A stretch of DNA of 64,000 nucleotides. Origin: Marsupella aquatica. Taxonomy: Eukaryota > Plantae > Marchantiophyta. Below, piece by piece: positions 47,101-59,999 of the stretch. Positions within the stretch are counted from its first letter, which is position 1, and every line of letters begins with the position of its first letter. The DNA lies in contig OZ316897.1 of NCBI GenBank assembly GCA_973895155.1, positions 14,321,375 through 14,385,374 on the forward strand, given 5' to 3'. The notes beneath the pieces were generated by a model. That model was not told where the DNA came from, searched no databases, and saw only the letters and a program-made list of their open reading frames with translations. Both the position numbers and the translations under genes were made by a program.

Positions 47101-50100
47101 CGGTTGAGGATTTTTTGATAAAATTTGGGGTATAATGAGAATATTGGGTCTTAAGACCAATTCTTTTGAATAACATAAGTGAAGTGGTATTCTATTGGTG
47201 AAGGGGGAGAGTAGGAGGGACAGGCTCTGGGAAAGTGCCGAGAAGGTTTGAGGGGGAGGGGAAGCAAAGCAAACGCTAGGGCTGATAGAGGAAACAAGAG
47301 AGGAAAAGGGTTGGTTCATTTTTTGATTTTGATTCGTCCACTCTGCCAAAAGTCGTTGCCACCACTATCCTCTCCCCACCAAACAATCCACAAAGAAAAA
47401 GTCCACTGCCCACCTCCCTCCCAATTCCCCAGGCCCTTCCTGCAATACACCTCCCAGTAAATCTATCCCAATGCCACTTTCTGCCATGAATTGTGGATCA
47501 TGGAGGATAAGGTAGAGAGCAACCGAGGTGAAGGACCTTAGGGCAACTTTGACCAGGAATGAATCCAAAGACAAAAACTAGTAACACAAAAGCCATTCCT
47601 TCATTAAAAAAAACTTGCAAATGAAAGGAGCTTTTGATGGTAATGTATGGCAAAATATGGTCCATAGTATGTTTAGAGCCACATTCCCTTCACCGGATGA
47701 GGTGAGATCTTACCAGCACATAGAGCATGTAGAAACTCATCTTCTGGAGAACACATGGAAAACCGAGATCATAATACTAATTGAAAATTCTACAAATCTG
47801 AGGGGGGGATCTTTTTTGAAAAAAGTCTGTTGCAAATGAGATTTTTGGCAGACAAGAATACAAATACTGCAAAAAAAAATAGCGCCACATTCCCTCCAAG
47901 GATGAGCTCAAACTTTTCAAGTGTATAGAGTAGGTAGTAAGGCGTCTTTTGGAAAATATTAGATCAAGTTATCTAAGATTTAGAAATGAAAAATCTGCAA
48001 GACGGGGCAAAGTAGTTTCTTGAAGAAAAAACAGAATGATATGGAACACACTTATTGATTGGATATCTGATCGGGGTGTTATATACGGTTTTTGAATGAT
48101 ATACACATTATTTAGACTATAAAAAATACGGTCGCCTCTATTCTGACAATATTATCTGGGGCCAGCTCCCATCATTACACTGAATTTTAGTTCAACGAAT
48201 GACTCGCGTCAAAATAATTATTGTTAGTTAACCAAGGGTAACCCAACCGGTTTAGTTATTCTTGTAGTTCGAAAGGTGCATAACTTTCAAACTTTGTCCC
48301 GAGCAGATTTAAAGGTGGGCGACTTTTCCTTCATGTGTCTCTATACGCACCCTTTTCAATTATTATTTTCTTTATGAAAGTAGGGTACGCCACAAAGTAG
48401 GTTCATGACATATGCACCTAGAGGTTTAACTAGCAACATTCTACTATAGTCTATAGATTCTCTCTACTGTAGTATACTTCATCGAGTCCTCACCTTGCTG
48501 AGCCTTTTATTCTACTCGCACTGTTCAAGGGTTCGAATACTCCAGGGTGGATAATGTCACCTTTGTGTGAAGAAGAAGATCTAAGAATAATACTTATCTA
48601 ATTTTTTATCATTAGATCTTCTTACATATAAAGATAACCATTAGATTCTGCCTAGTAACTTAGTAAGGTCTGTGGGTTGGTTGGAAACTGGTTAATGGCA
48701 GACCAAAAACATAATTAATTTGTTTTCTGAAAAATAACAGCCATATCATCGAGGTTGAATCTAGCTAAGTTTAGCCACTGGAAAAAAACTTTGGTTCGAG
48801 TGCCCCCCTTTGGATTTTGTATCTAACTAATAAAGTGCAACCAAAAGCTACTTAGTGGGCCTACTGTCTAGAGTGAAACCTCTAGACCAGAACTCAAAAC
48901 CAAGGCGTAACTTAAAATGAGGGTGAAGAGGGATGGGGGCAAAAATCAACAGGAAATAAGAGGAAATCGTTTTTTTCTTCAAGCCAGGTGTTTTGGTCTC
49001 CTCTCCTCATTTAGGTTCAGAACACGGGTAATCAGGCTACTCCTTCAAATTGACTACCATGCAAGTATTTTAATATAAAATATATTACCACTCCACTGAA
49101 AAAGTTACAAAGGATGTCAAAACCAGGTGACATGGTACAAAAATATGGAGTCGTACAGGGGGAAAAGGAGTCAAATGGGCATCATTGTGTAGGTAAGGGA
49201 CCATCTTGCTTGTCATCTGACCTTAATCAACCTCATGGTTTCTTCGAAGTAAAACAGGAACTAAACCACACACAACCAGAGTCAAGCATTGGTGCCAGGG
49301 AACAACACTCTACTAACCACATCTAAATCAGGGCAGGAAGCCACCTTGGCAATTGATTGAGGTGTAATATTTTTTCAGCATGAGAGAAGGGTCTAGATCC
49401 TTTCTGTGCCAATCCAGTCATTCTCCTTGCTTGCACATTCTTTGAAATCCACTTGCTAGACCAACTTGCAGACTCCCCTCAAAGTTCAATTGATTGCCCA
49501 TCTCACTTAAACTCATAATGCTTCACCCCAACATCATTTATTATCAACAATAATATTGTGCAACGCACATTAGGCCAGTACTCCAAACCCACAACCTTTT
49601 GCAGTTACTCCTTATGGCAACCAAACCGAGTAACCTTTGGAAATGCGCTTATTATGTACCTTTTGGAAATGCTCTTATTTTGTACCTTCGGAAATGCTCT
49701 TGTTATCTACAGGACTAGAACGTAAATTGTACCACCTTGCATTTATTCCCTCACATCTTTACGGGGAAAGTGGCACTTTTCCTGTACCAATATGGACCAC
49801 TTGCAAAGTATTAAGTTCTGTGGTTTCGTCAGGGATGGACGCAGAATGGTGGAAAATCACTACAGTCGTAGTACTGAATGAGTCTTCCCGTTCCTCTTCC
49901 CCCACCTCGATCGCTGTTTGTCCTTCGCGTGGTGCTGGGCTGAGTCCACGGCATGCAATTCGCTTCACCAGGGTCTGATACTCTGATGAGAGAAAGTCTG
50001 GAAGCAGAGAGGAATTGACGGAAAGGTAGATCGATCAGGACCAGCTGGCTGGCTGGCTGGCTGGCTGACAGATTCAGTATGACATCCCTTTGATGACAAG

Positions 50101-52439
50101 ATTCGTGAACGAGGAAATGGTAATGTCGCAGAGGAGAGCCCGACCTATCCGCTTGGTGCCCTGGCTGTGCTCGCCTTCCTTTTCCTGAACCTGGCGTCTC
50201 TCAACGCACTGTCTCAGTAGCATGAGCTGGGCTTGGGATGATCTTTGTTGGCACCGGCAACGGTCGGGCTGCAAATGCGGTATGATTATTGTGCTAAACT
50301 TTCCATCATCCTTGCTTCTGCCAAAGACTGATTGATGAGGACTAGAGACTGATCTCTCGTGTTATCGACTCCGTTTCCATAGACTGTGGTCGAAGAGGTC
50401 GGTTACAGTGGCGATATGTGAATGCGTGAAGGATTTACTGTACGTTCCTGAATTCCACGTTTGAGCTCCCAGTCGTGTTCTGTAGGTCCCCCTCGGACAA
50501 CATTGAAAGGTTCCTGTCTGGTGCCTCACCTTGGCTTTCCCCTTTCAGGTAGCCGTGAAATTATTGTTGGGTTTTGAATTTGCTTTGCTGACGGAGAATA
50601 TATGCAACTGCCAGGAAAGGTGAATATGTCACCGGAAGCAACTTGTATCTCTTGACCATCTCAAACTTAGGTGGCTGGTAGGACCACCATGACTATTTCC
50701 GGCACAACGAGCAAATTGAGCTTGAAAATGACCGTCAAATTCACGAAGAAAACACTGCAAATTATATTGATTTGGCCTGCTTTAACACCAAGTTCAAGTC
50801 GGACTCCTGAAAAACTGTGAAATTCATCAAAAGGGCACATCAGATTGTGTTTTGCCTCGAAAGATTTCAGAGGATTTCATTCCAAGAAACAGGAAGCCCA
50901 AACCAGAGGGGAACCCGAAGAGGGCCGACGGTTGAAGTACAGTATATTGTGTTGCATTGTCCATCTTTGGTACAACTTACAAAGTAACCTCCTCCTAAAG
51001 GCTGTCCAATTAGCCTTGACAGATCGACCTGAAATTCATTTAAAATGACAGCATACAGCTTGGGCGGCCGGCAAGGGGAAGTCTGTCCAATTCATCGAGA
51101 ATTAAGCACAGAGGACAGATTGAGTTCCCCAAAGACTGCCACATTCATCATGGATGCTTCGGAACTTTGATACTAGCAACTAGCCATTCCTAACTTACCC
51201 AAGAAACCCATCCTGTTATCAGCCCAGCTCTGTATCCAGGGAGATTCATTTGCTTTGAGAGGGATCAAACGCAATGCAAGTAGCCGAGCAATTACATCTC
51301 GGTGCTGGCATATAGACACAGAGAGATGCAGTGCACTCTTGGAATGCCCCGGGACCCGCAGGGATCACCGACGCCAAACGATTAGCCACGCCATCAGCAG
51401 GACAGCTGGAGCGATTCTTTGATTTAGACACTGTGGCGGCAGCTGTGCATTGGTTGGATCTCGATTGGGTCTACGCCGTTGTGAAGCACGTTCTATAGAG
51501 GTCCGACTGAGTATTATTTTGTCGCCTAGACTGTTGTGGCCCGCGTCAGTATTTTCCAGGGAAGGTGTACCTCTAACCGGAGTTTGACAAAGAACTACGC
51601 CGACGGGTTGAAATTCCACGAATTTACAGAGCAGGAGTCCGCCAAAAGTCCACCATTTCCTGTCGAGCTTGTGCAAATCGGAGCTGAAGAAGATTGAGGA
51701 AGAGCGCTGATCGCAACATGGAAGGATTGGACCATGGAGAAGCGTATCAGCTAAGATAATTCCTTTGTTCAATTGAGGTTGTGGTCCACTGTGCAAGCAG
51801 CTCTCGCAGGGAGTCGACCTCGTTAACAAGGTTGCGAGAGCAGAAAGTTTGGGGGCAATTGGAGGAGGAGCATATACAACGCACAGTTGTCTCTCCGATC
51901 TACTTTACCCGCTCATGGCAAAAGTCTGCTGCCTCAACCCTAATTGATGAAGCTTCTTCCCTATGGAACTCAGAAATTCAAAATCAATCATGTCCTGCAC
52001 TGTGGCTCCATTAGCGCTTGGGCAAACGGAATTGGTTTGTACAACATCCAGCAAGATCCACTTGGGAAAGCCCAAAGAAGATCTTGTACAAACCCATCAA
52101 GATCCTCTCGAGAAAAGCCCAAATGAGTTACCAGCAGGGGATCGGTCCGCTCGATCAGGCAACATGTTGGTAGAGTACTTTGCGAGAGCGTGTGAGTGAC
52201 GCATCGGATCGCCAGCATGGATGCAATGAATGGAATCAAGGGGTGTGGTAAACACGGAGCGGCGTCATTTGGGGGCGTCCAAGATCCTCTCGAATATCAA
52301 GGCAAGATTTGTTCAAGTTAGTAGCCAGAATTGGAACTGTTGCTTTGCACAATGTGACTTATTGAATTGTTTATTTGGAAGTGGGTTAAAGGAGACAGTG
52401 AAAAAAGCATTCCCGCAAAAGCAGATTGTAACCTTTCAT

Positions 52440-53240
52440 CAGTGGATCTCACTATAATCAGTGATCATTGAAATAAACGAGCGAAAAGAATTACTGATAA
52501 ACAACTACTAGATTGTTGCAAAGCATGCAAAGGGCGGACCAATTGAAACTTGCTAGATTGTAACTTCTCATATATGCTAACTGAGTAGGAATCAGTCATA
52601 ATGGACTTCATTCTTGAAATCAATCAGTGATTATTGATTTCAAGGGGTCGAAAAACAAATGTGTGAGGAAATTGAACTTAATGGACACTGAGCAGATTGT
52701 AACCTCTCATTTCTGCTAACGAAGTGAATCAGTGATGCGGATATCAATCTTGCTCACTGAGCGCAATCAGTGATTACTGATTTCAAGGGGTCCAAAAATG
52801 AATGTGTGGGAAAGTGAATTTACTGCAAACTGACGAGATTGTAACTTCTCGTTCTGCTATCTGAGTGCAAACCGGCAGAGCTCCTTATTGCTCACTGGTC
52901 ATCCTTGCTCACTGAGTGCAATCAGTGATTACTGATTTCAAGTGGTCGAGAAACCAGCGTGTGAGGAAAGTGAACTTATTGGACACTGAGCAGAACTCTC
53001 ATTTCTGTTGACGGAGAGTGAATCAGTAATAGCGGATTTCATTCTTGCTCACTGAGCGCAGTCAGTGATTACTGATTTCAAGGGGTCGAAAACTGAATGT
53101 GCGGGAAAGTGAAGTTACTGCAAACTCACAAGATTACAAATTCTCACTCGTGCTCACTGAGTGCAATCAGTGGTTACGTACTGATTTCAATGATTCGTCA
53201 ACTTTATATTACTGGTAACCAAACAGATTGTAATCTCGCA
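52440..53240 (+). repeat. Degenerate ~140-160 bp tandem array with palindromic core
   Basis: tgctcactgag(t/c)gcaatcagtgattactgatttcaag recurs near 52750, 52905, 53045 and 53150, with partial copies near 52457 and 52621. Confidence 0.8.
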
Positions 53241-54894
53241 TTCAAGCTCACTTTAATTAGTGACGATACACTCCCGTACCCCGTCAGCATGCAAGCTGAA
53301 TCTCACGTCAACATGCAAGATGAGCGTGAATCCTCGTTAACTCTTTTTTGTCAGGTGAGTAGGTGCATGTGATCAGGCTCACTGGCTGCTGCCGAGAAGG
53401 CCAGAAGGGTGTGAGAATCTCTGGACTTCACGTGAGATGCGCACGAGGAAAGACAAAGAGCATAGAAGGGGTCAAAAGGGGTGTTTGTTGACAAAGCAAG
53501 TCCAAACAATCTTTAGGGAACCTTGGAAAGGTAACAGTTTGGTTGTCAAAGATACAGGAAAAGGAAAATGGACAATTCAGTTCCAAAGTTACTTCCAAGC
53601 AAAAAGCCTTAATGCTTGCTCTTTGAACAGAGATAGACCAAGGAGATTTAAGCATGCCGAGTCATGCTCGTTCTTTGAGCACATAGGTGAGGACATCCAA
53701 GCTTGCTTCACCATTTACAGAGCCCTCTAGACCATAGGGCCTGAAAAGTAACTTCACGGAAGTTTCTCCATTTATTGAGATGTGTATCAAAATTGAAAGT
53801 CTATACCTCCTAGAAGTTCTATTATAACTAGCAAGTAACTGCTACATTGGGGCCCCTCACTACAGTAAATTGGGACCGTTACATTGCCTTCAATGGTGGT
53901 AGTGGGAATGAAAGTAGCTAGTAACACTATTTTGGACCAAATAAGAAGTGTGACCACCCTTCTTGTTTTTTCCCAACCCAATTTTTTTTTTTTAAGTAAT
54001 GCAAATCCCAATACAAATCATGCTTAACAACCAAATCAAGACCCTTGTGCAACCTAGCTTGGAGGGAGGCAGAGAAGGAAATGTATTCATAAAACCGTCA
54101 ACACAAAAAGTAGGAAAATAGTAGAAGTGTTTGAAACCACACAATTGCCAAGCAATCACGCCTTCTAATTAGGGTCAGGTGAATTAACCCTGGGTTAGGA
54201 TAGTTTTTTTGGTTTTTTTGTTGTTGCTGAATGCGACAACTTTATTCATAGGAGAAAGTAAGGACAATAGCACATGCGCTATCCCCCAAACATACCAAGG
54301 ACACCAGAGCCCAGCCTAGGGAAAGGAGGCCGGAAGAAGCAAAACCAATGACTGCTAGAAGAAGGAGTGCGTCAAGAGACAGGAAAAAATCGGTTAGCAT
54401 AGCTTTTTACCACAGTTAACATCAAAACTACATATCTGAGATAGTCTTTGCCACATAGATCTGCCTAGTAGTAAGGACCTCATAAACCTTACTACTAGGC
54501 AGACCCTAGATTCTGCCTAGTAGACCCTAGATTCTATGGACTCATTCTAGAGGGTTTAAGAATTAAAATTACACAATAGGAAAGCTTATTTGGAGTAGGT
54601 AAGAAAAGTAGCATCTTATCAGATTGAAGGAAACATACTTTAGATAAGTAACATCCTGTCCCAAGGAAGCATACTTTAGACAAACGACAGGAGTGCAGGT
54701 TTTCTGTGCAGCTTGCTCATTTTTCTCATTAAAAGATATGAATTTATCTGGTTTTGTGTTCCAAAATGTGTGTTGTTCTTTTCCCTTGAATGAGGTTTGC
54801 ATTTCTGTTCCCTGAGTGTGTTTTGCATGACTCTATAACATGTCATTAGATACAATAACTCAATAGAGATGACTGCATAGTTGGGGTCTCGGTT

Positions 54895-55177
54895 GGGGTT
54901 ATGTGACCAGAGGGGAGCTAGAGCGGTGATAATACTCAAGCAGAAGGCAGGAGATGAAATATAGGGGGTTATGTGACCAGAGGGGAGCTAGAGCGGTGAT
55001 AATACTCAAGTGGAAGGCAGGAGATGAAATATAGGGGGTTATGTGACCAGAGGGGAGCTAGAGCGGTGATAATACTCAAGCGGAAGGCAGGAGATGAAAT
55101 ATAGGGGGTTATGTGACCAGAGGGGAGCTAGAGCGATGATAATATTACTCAAGCAGAAGGCAGGAGATGAAATATAG
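54895..55177 (+). repeat. 70-bp tandem repeat x4 (near-identical)
   Basis: atgtgaccagaggggagctagagc at 54901, 54971, 55041 and 55111. Confidence 0.95.
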
Positions 55178-55259
55178 GTACAGGGTAGTCCACAAGACTT
55201 GATAAAAAAATGTGGGGTGGAGTAGGACTTGATCAAAACCTACACTTTCCAAAAAGAGT

Positions 55260-56085
55260 AAACTAAATTACTCATATCTGGTGTGAAAATGATCCAACAA
55301 GAGACCCTCCACACATCCCATGCTACTACAGTCATTTTGGTACTAGAGAAAATGATCATACTTCTTTCAACTCATTTCTGATGTGAAAATGATCCAACTA
55401 GAGACCAGCCACATCCCCATGACTCTACGGTCATTTTGGTAGAGAAAATTGTCATACTTCTTTTCAATCTTTCGATAACAGATGAGTTCACTCACTTTCA
55501 GGTGACCATGAGATAATGGTGTCAAACTGCAATCGAAAGTGAGCTTTGGGCTTTTCTTATAAGGAGTCATGATTCTGGGGCTATGTGCATTCCTTTGGGC
55601 ATAATGGACAAATGTGCCCAGTTTCCAATGAATATCTTCCTAAGCTTTACCCTTTCAGAAACGCACATAAATACATCCTATGTTTGGACATTGTTCAACA
55701 TTGTCAACCCCTTCAGGAAAGCACATGCACAAACTTCCAACAGAGGCATCACTTACTTGTCACTTCATAAGATTCTGAATGCCCATTCTTTGAATGACAA
55801 CAGAGATGATGACAAAGTCAGCCTGCATGACATACCATACATTTTATCCTCCTCATTCAATACATTTGGTAGGGCCCCAGAGCTAGGGTCTAGAGGCTTC
55901 ATTCTAGAAATCTAGACCCTAACTCTAGCCTAAATGCCCATTCTTTGAATGCCAACAGAGATATAACAAAGTCACTATGCATGACATTCCATACATATCA
56001 TCCTCCTCATTCAATACATTTGGTAAAGCCCTAGAGTTAGGTCTAGAGGGTTCACCCTAGAAGACTAGACCCCAACTCTAGCTTG
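55260..56085 (+). repeat. Two adjacent local tandem duplications (~100 bp x2 at 55270-55465; ~155 bp x2 at 55777-56083)
   Basis: gtgaaaatgatccaac...tcatacttcttt occurs twice; aatgcccattctttgaatg...aactctagc occurs twice. Confidence 0.8.
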
Positions 56086-56614
56086 AGGTTCAGGCTTTAT
56101 AACTAAGATGATTGGAGCAACTTTTGTAACCTTTTGTTACACACTGTCCATTATTCTCACAAGTGTATATCTCCAGTTGTTGCTTTCGTTTGGTATAATG
56201 TTGTCACACGCCATATTCCTCACAGTCAAAGTAAATCACCACAGTAGGTGTCCTGGCTTTTGTGAGTTCATTCCAAAATTGGACCATATCCAGCAATCTA
56301 CATGTTCATATCTACACATCTACAACAGGTTTATAGACCAGTTTTCTCACAATAGTAGAACTCACCAGGTGCTGTTTTCGTTTTTGTGAGTACATGAGAA
56401 AATGGGAACGCAATTTTTTTCCTGAAGTTAAGTGTCAGATTCTCTTAGCAGAGCAGAGTACCCAAGTATATGAGCTGAAGTTATGCTCCAGGGAAACTTC
56501 CAGAATTCGCTGCTGCTCCTTCATCAGCATATTAAGCTCTTCCTCCCTAGATTTCATTATGTGCCTGCTGCAGCTCCGCATACAAGTAAATTCTCTTGTA
56601 GCTTCATCACAGTT

Positions 56615-58084
56615 TCAAGGTACTAAAAAAGTGCAGTTCCACATTACACTCCTTGACAATCCAAAAAACCCATCCTCAGTTTTTTCCTTTGCAAGAGTTT
56701 CGAGAGTTTGATAGAGGATGGACACGGTGAGAAAAATTCCTGTTCCTGATCCAATTGCACCCATTAAATCTGCCATGATCGTCAATGCCCCAATGCACAT
56801 TCCACCAAACGCAGCTGCTGTTGGAATGTAGCGATTGAGCTCCTTCTCCACGCTTGATTCACGATGGCCAGGCATCACCATGTTTTGTTGCTTAAGCTGT
56901 TTTGCAACATCCCTCGCTGAAGAACCAGACACTTGAATCCATGTCTTTGAGAAAAGGGCGCATGCTGTCAACATAAATACTGTGTAAAACAAGGCATGGA
57001 ACGGATCAGCCCAAATGCTTCCCAAACTGGTAGGAGGAGTGATGTAATATACAAGCCCTCCAGCAGGAATCAGTTGTCCATTTCGGAAGTAGTCCGACTC
57101 CTTCCAATCTCCAAGGAGTCGAACGAGAAAGAGACCACCGAAATTCTTGTACAGCAGTTGTGAGACGAAGTAGACATTGGAAACCAAGGCAGACTGGAGG
57201 ATGATGGGCATATTGGAGGTGTAGAAGAGCTTGATCGGGTAAGATTGCCGCCCTCCACGACCGTTGATTGAACGAATAGGCAGAACCACCTGGAAGCCTT
57301 GGAAGTAGACAACAATCAAGAATACCACAACCGTCGTCAGTAAACTGCTCAAATTCGGAAGGTTTTGTCTGAATAGTGCCTCCTTCAATGCTCGCACTTT
57401 GTCGGTCCTTGAGATAAGACCCTGGAACAAAGAAACCACAGCCCCTTCAAACTCCGCTCCACGGCCATAGTTGATGGTTGTCGGGCTGAACGCTCTCCAG
57501 ATGATGTTCTCACAGCTGTTGGTGGCAATGAACAAACTGGTGGCAGATCCGAGCCCATATCCTTTCTGCAGTAGCTCGTCCAAACAAATCACAAGTATGC
57601 CAGAGAACACGAGCTGAGCGATGATCAAGATGGCATTTCCCGCTCCAAGATGTCCAACGTTCCCATACATTCCAGTTAAAACGTAGACGACCGCTTGTCC
57701 GAGAGTGATTAGAATCCCCAACAGCTTCTGTGCACCGTTCAATAAGTCGCGATCCTCCTGTATGCTGTTGTCAACTTTTATGATCTTAGACCCCACTAAG
57801 AGCTGCAAAACCATCCCCGACATGACGATAGGAGTAATGCCAAGCTCCATAAGTGTTCCCCTGTTGGATGCTAGAATCGCTCTCGTCCAGTAGAGTGGAT
57901 CTGAACCCGTCGCTGAGTGGATTCCATAGAGAGGTAGCTGAGAGCATACTAAGAAAATGAGCAACGTAATCACTGTGTACAGCAATTTCTCTCGAAGTGG
58001 CACCTTTCTCTTTGCTGCCTGCACTTCCGGAAGAAAGGGCAGAAATGGCTTGATCAAATTGAGAATTCTAAAACCTTTTCCCAT
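56615..58084 (-). CDS. SEC61A: Protein translocon subunit Sec61-alpha, divergent intronless copy (489 aa)
   Basis: Full-length SecY/Sec61a motifs: [91 protein letters not shown]. Single uninterrupted ORF. Confidence 0.95.
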   Translation of the reverse strand: MGKGFRILNLIKPFLPFLPEVQAAKRKVPLREKLLYTVITLLIFLVCSQLPLYGIHSATGSDPLYWTRAILASNRGTLMELGITPIVMSGMVLQLLVGSKIIKVDNSIQEDRDLLNGAQKLLGILITLGQAVVYVLTGMYGNVGHLGAGNAILIIAQLVFSGILVICLDELLQKGYGLGSATSLFIATNSCENIIWRAFSPTTINYGRGAEFEGAVVSLFQGLISRTDKVRALKEALFRQNLPNLSSLLTTVVVFLIVVYFQGFQVVLPIRSINGRGGRQSYPIKLFYTSNMPIILQSALVSNVYFVSQLLYKNFGGLFLVRLLGDWKESDYFRNGQLIPAGGLVYYITPPTSLGSIWADPFHALFYTVFMLTACALFSKTWIQVSGSSARDVAKQLKQQNMVMPGHRESSVEKELNRYIPTAAAFGGMCIGALTIMADLMGAIGSGTGIFLTVSILYQTLETLAKEKTEDGFFGLSRSVMWNCTFLVP

Positions 58085-58520
58085 TGTGACTTCACGTTAC
58101 TTGAGGTCTACAGCAGTACAAACCCCGTCCTCCTTGCTGCAAAAGCCTCTTCTGGATGAAACCTCCACTCCACTACAGCTACTAGTATTTTGATTGACTC
58201 GACTCGATATTGCAGCACAAACTGAGGCAGCATGCCACGGCCCTCCCTTATATGGCCATCCACGCATCTTCTCAAATGCACACCAGCACCTTCCATCCTC
58301 TAGGACCTTCCGTTCCCGCGGAGGTGCACGTACACTCGACGTTTGACGAGTGACTGTCAAAACTGATATTGACCTGGTGCAGGTCCCTCGTCCAACCCTC
58401 TTCAAACACATGGGACTTTTTAAGTTTGACGAGGGAGAAAAAGAATCTTCACATCTAAGCAAATGCTCCGTGCATAGGATGTGGTACGCGAACAATTCGC
58501 TGAGAAGCCCCTGAGAAGGT

Positions 58521-59140
58521 GCTGACCATGCTTGCGAATTCCTTTGAATGACTATAAATGCCTAAACCTATCGTGGATCAATTAAAAGTCTGCTGACCAT
58601 GCTTGCGAAGTCCTTTGATTGACTAAAAATGCCTAAACCTATCGTGGATCTATTAAAAGTCTACAGATTCCATATTTGTGAGGCTGAAAATGGTATGCCC
58701 ATCCACAGCTCCCCAACCCAACCAGCCAAGAGGAGGATCGAGGCTGTCAGTTTCGCGCTGGAGTAGCGCGCACCGGGATGATGGGCACTAGAGGCTGTCA
58801 ATTTCGCACTGGAGTTGCGCGAACCGGGATCATGACAACTGAGATTAAATTGACGTATCACCCAGTCACATCGCGGCCGCTCCGTGATTTCTCGTTAGAA
58901 GTAAATCCAGGAGGCACATCAATCAATTAGGTTTGGTCTTTGAGCCGGATCCATGCCCACCCAAAATATCCTCCAACTGTTGTTTTTGGAAACATTCGAA
59001 GCTCAGACGAGTCGCTCAGAGGTGATTGGCAAGAGAGGTGCTGCTGGGAAGGACACCGTAGGTAGTTGAGGCTGAAGACGCGTCCCTCAGAGGTGATTGG
59101 CAGGAGAGGAGCTGCTGCCAAGGACACCGTAGCTAGTTGA
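58521..59140 (+). repeat. Three short tandem duplications (~70 bp x2, ~51 bp x2, ~69 bp x2) upstream of Sec61a
   Basis: tgctgaccatgcttgcgaa..., gaggctgtca...accgggat and ctcagaggtgattggca...aaggacaccgtag each occur twice. Confidence 0.8.
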
Positions 59141-59999
59141 GTCGATAGGCGTGCCCTGCTCTAAGGACAAGGAACTTGCACGTAGCGGAGATTGATTGGA
59201 GCAGGGCTTTACGAGTTGGATGAAAAATCTCAGTACTGCAAGCCATATTCTATGGCAATCGTAGATTGCTTGTAAATCACCCGCTACTAGTAGATACTAG
59301 TATCGCTTAGAAATTCAGCCTATTTAGGAACAGTTTCTCCTACAAATGTTAACCACCAATATCTGAGAGAAGGTTTAAGAAGAGAACTCGTTTTCTTTTC
59401 ATGCGCTTTGTAAGACAAAGACTGCAACTTTCCCGAATCGAAACATATTCGAGAAGACATTTTAATGAGAAAGCATAGCACTGTGAGATATTAGTATGTC
59501 GACCACGTCGGACTGCTACAACCTCCACCCTCGTGTTCTCTAGAAATTAACTACACAACAGACGAGGACAGACAAGAAACGAAGTACAAGAACCAAACAT
59601 GTTTTTGAAGTGATAGTCCTCTTCCGACCGTCGCGATTCCAGGAGCACCTACTTGTGTTTCCTAGAGTTTACCAAGAGCTCTTGCTCTGCAATGCCCTTT
59701 ACATAGGGACAAATCGAAGAACTTATTCCAATTCTTTCGACATCTAAACCAAAGCAGGGGAACAAGGCCCCACTTTCATATAATCTTTCCAGATACTTAC
59801 ATCATGAAAAACCCTCACGGAAAGCTTCTGTGAGACAAGTGAGAAGATTTGACCTCAATTTCTTCAAATTAAGATATGAATTGGCTACTTACATACAGAA
59901 ACATATTTTAATCCTAGTTCCATTCCCATGGTCCACCCAGATCAATTTGCTTGTCCGAGGCATCATCTTTCCAATACGCTGTTATTCCCTTGAATAGTT

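Noticed and set aside
49750-52260. Coding-like stretch with scattered 60-150 aa ORFs
   Set aside because: Stops in all frames and no consistent splice model or recognisable domain; possibly a decayed gene but unsupported.
52440-55177. CRISPR-like appearance of the repeat arrays (also 38120-39335)
   Set aside because: Eukaryotic context, no unique spacers (linkers are homologous or absent), no cas genes.
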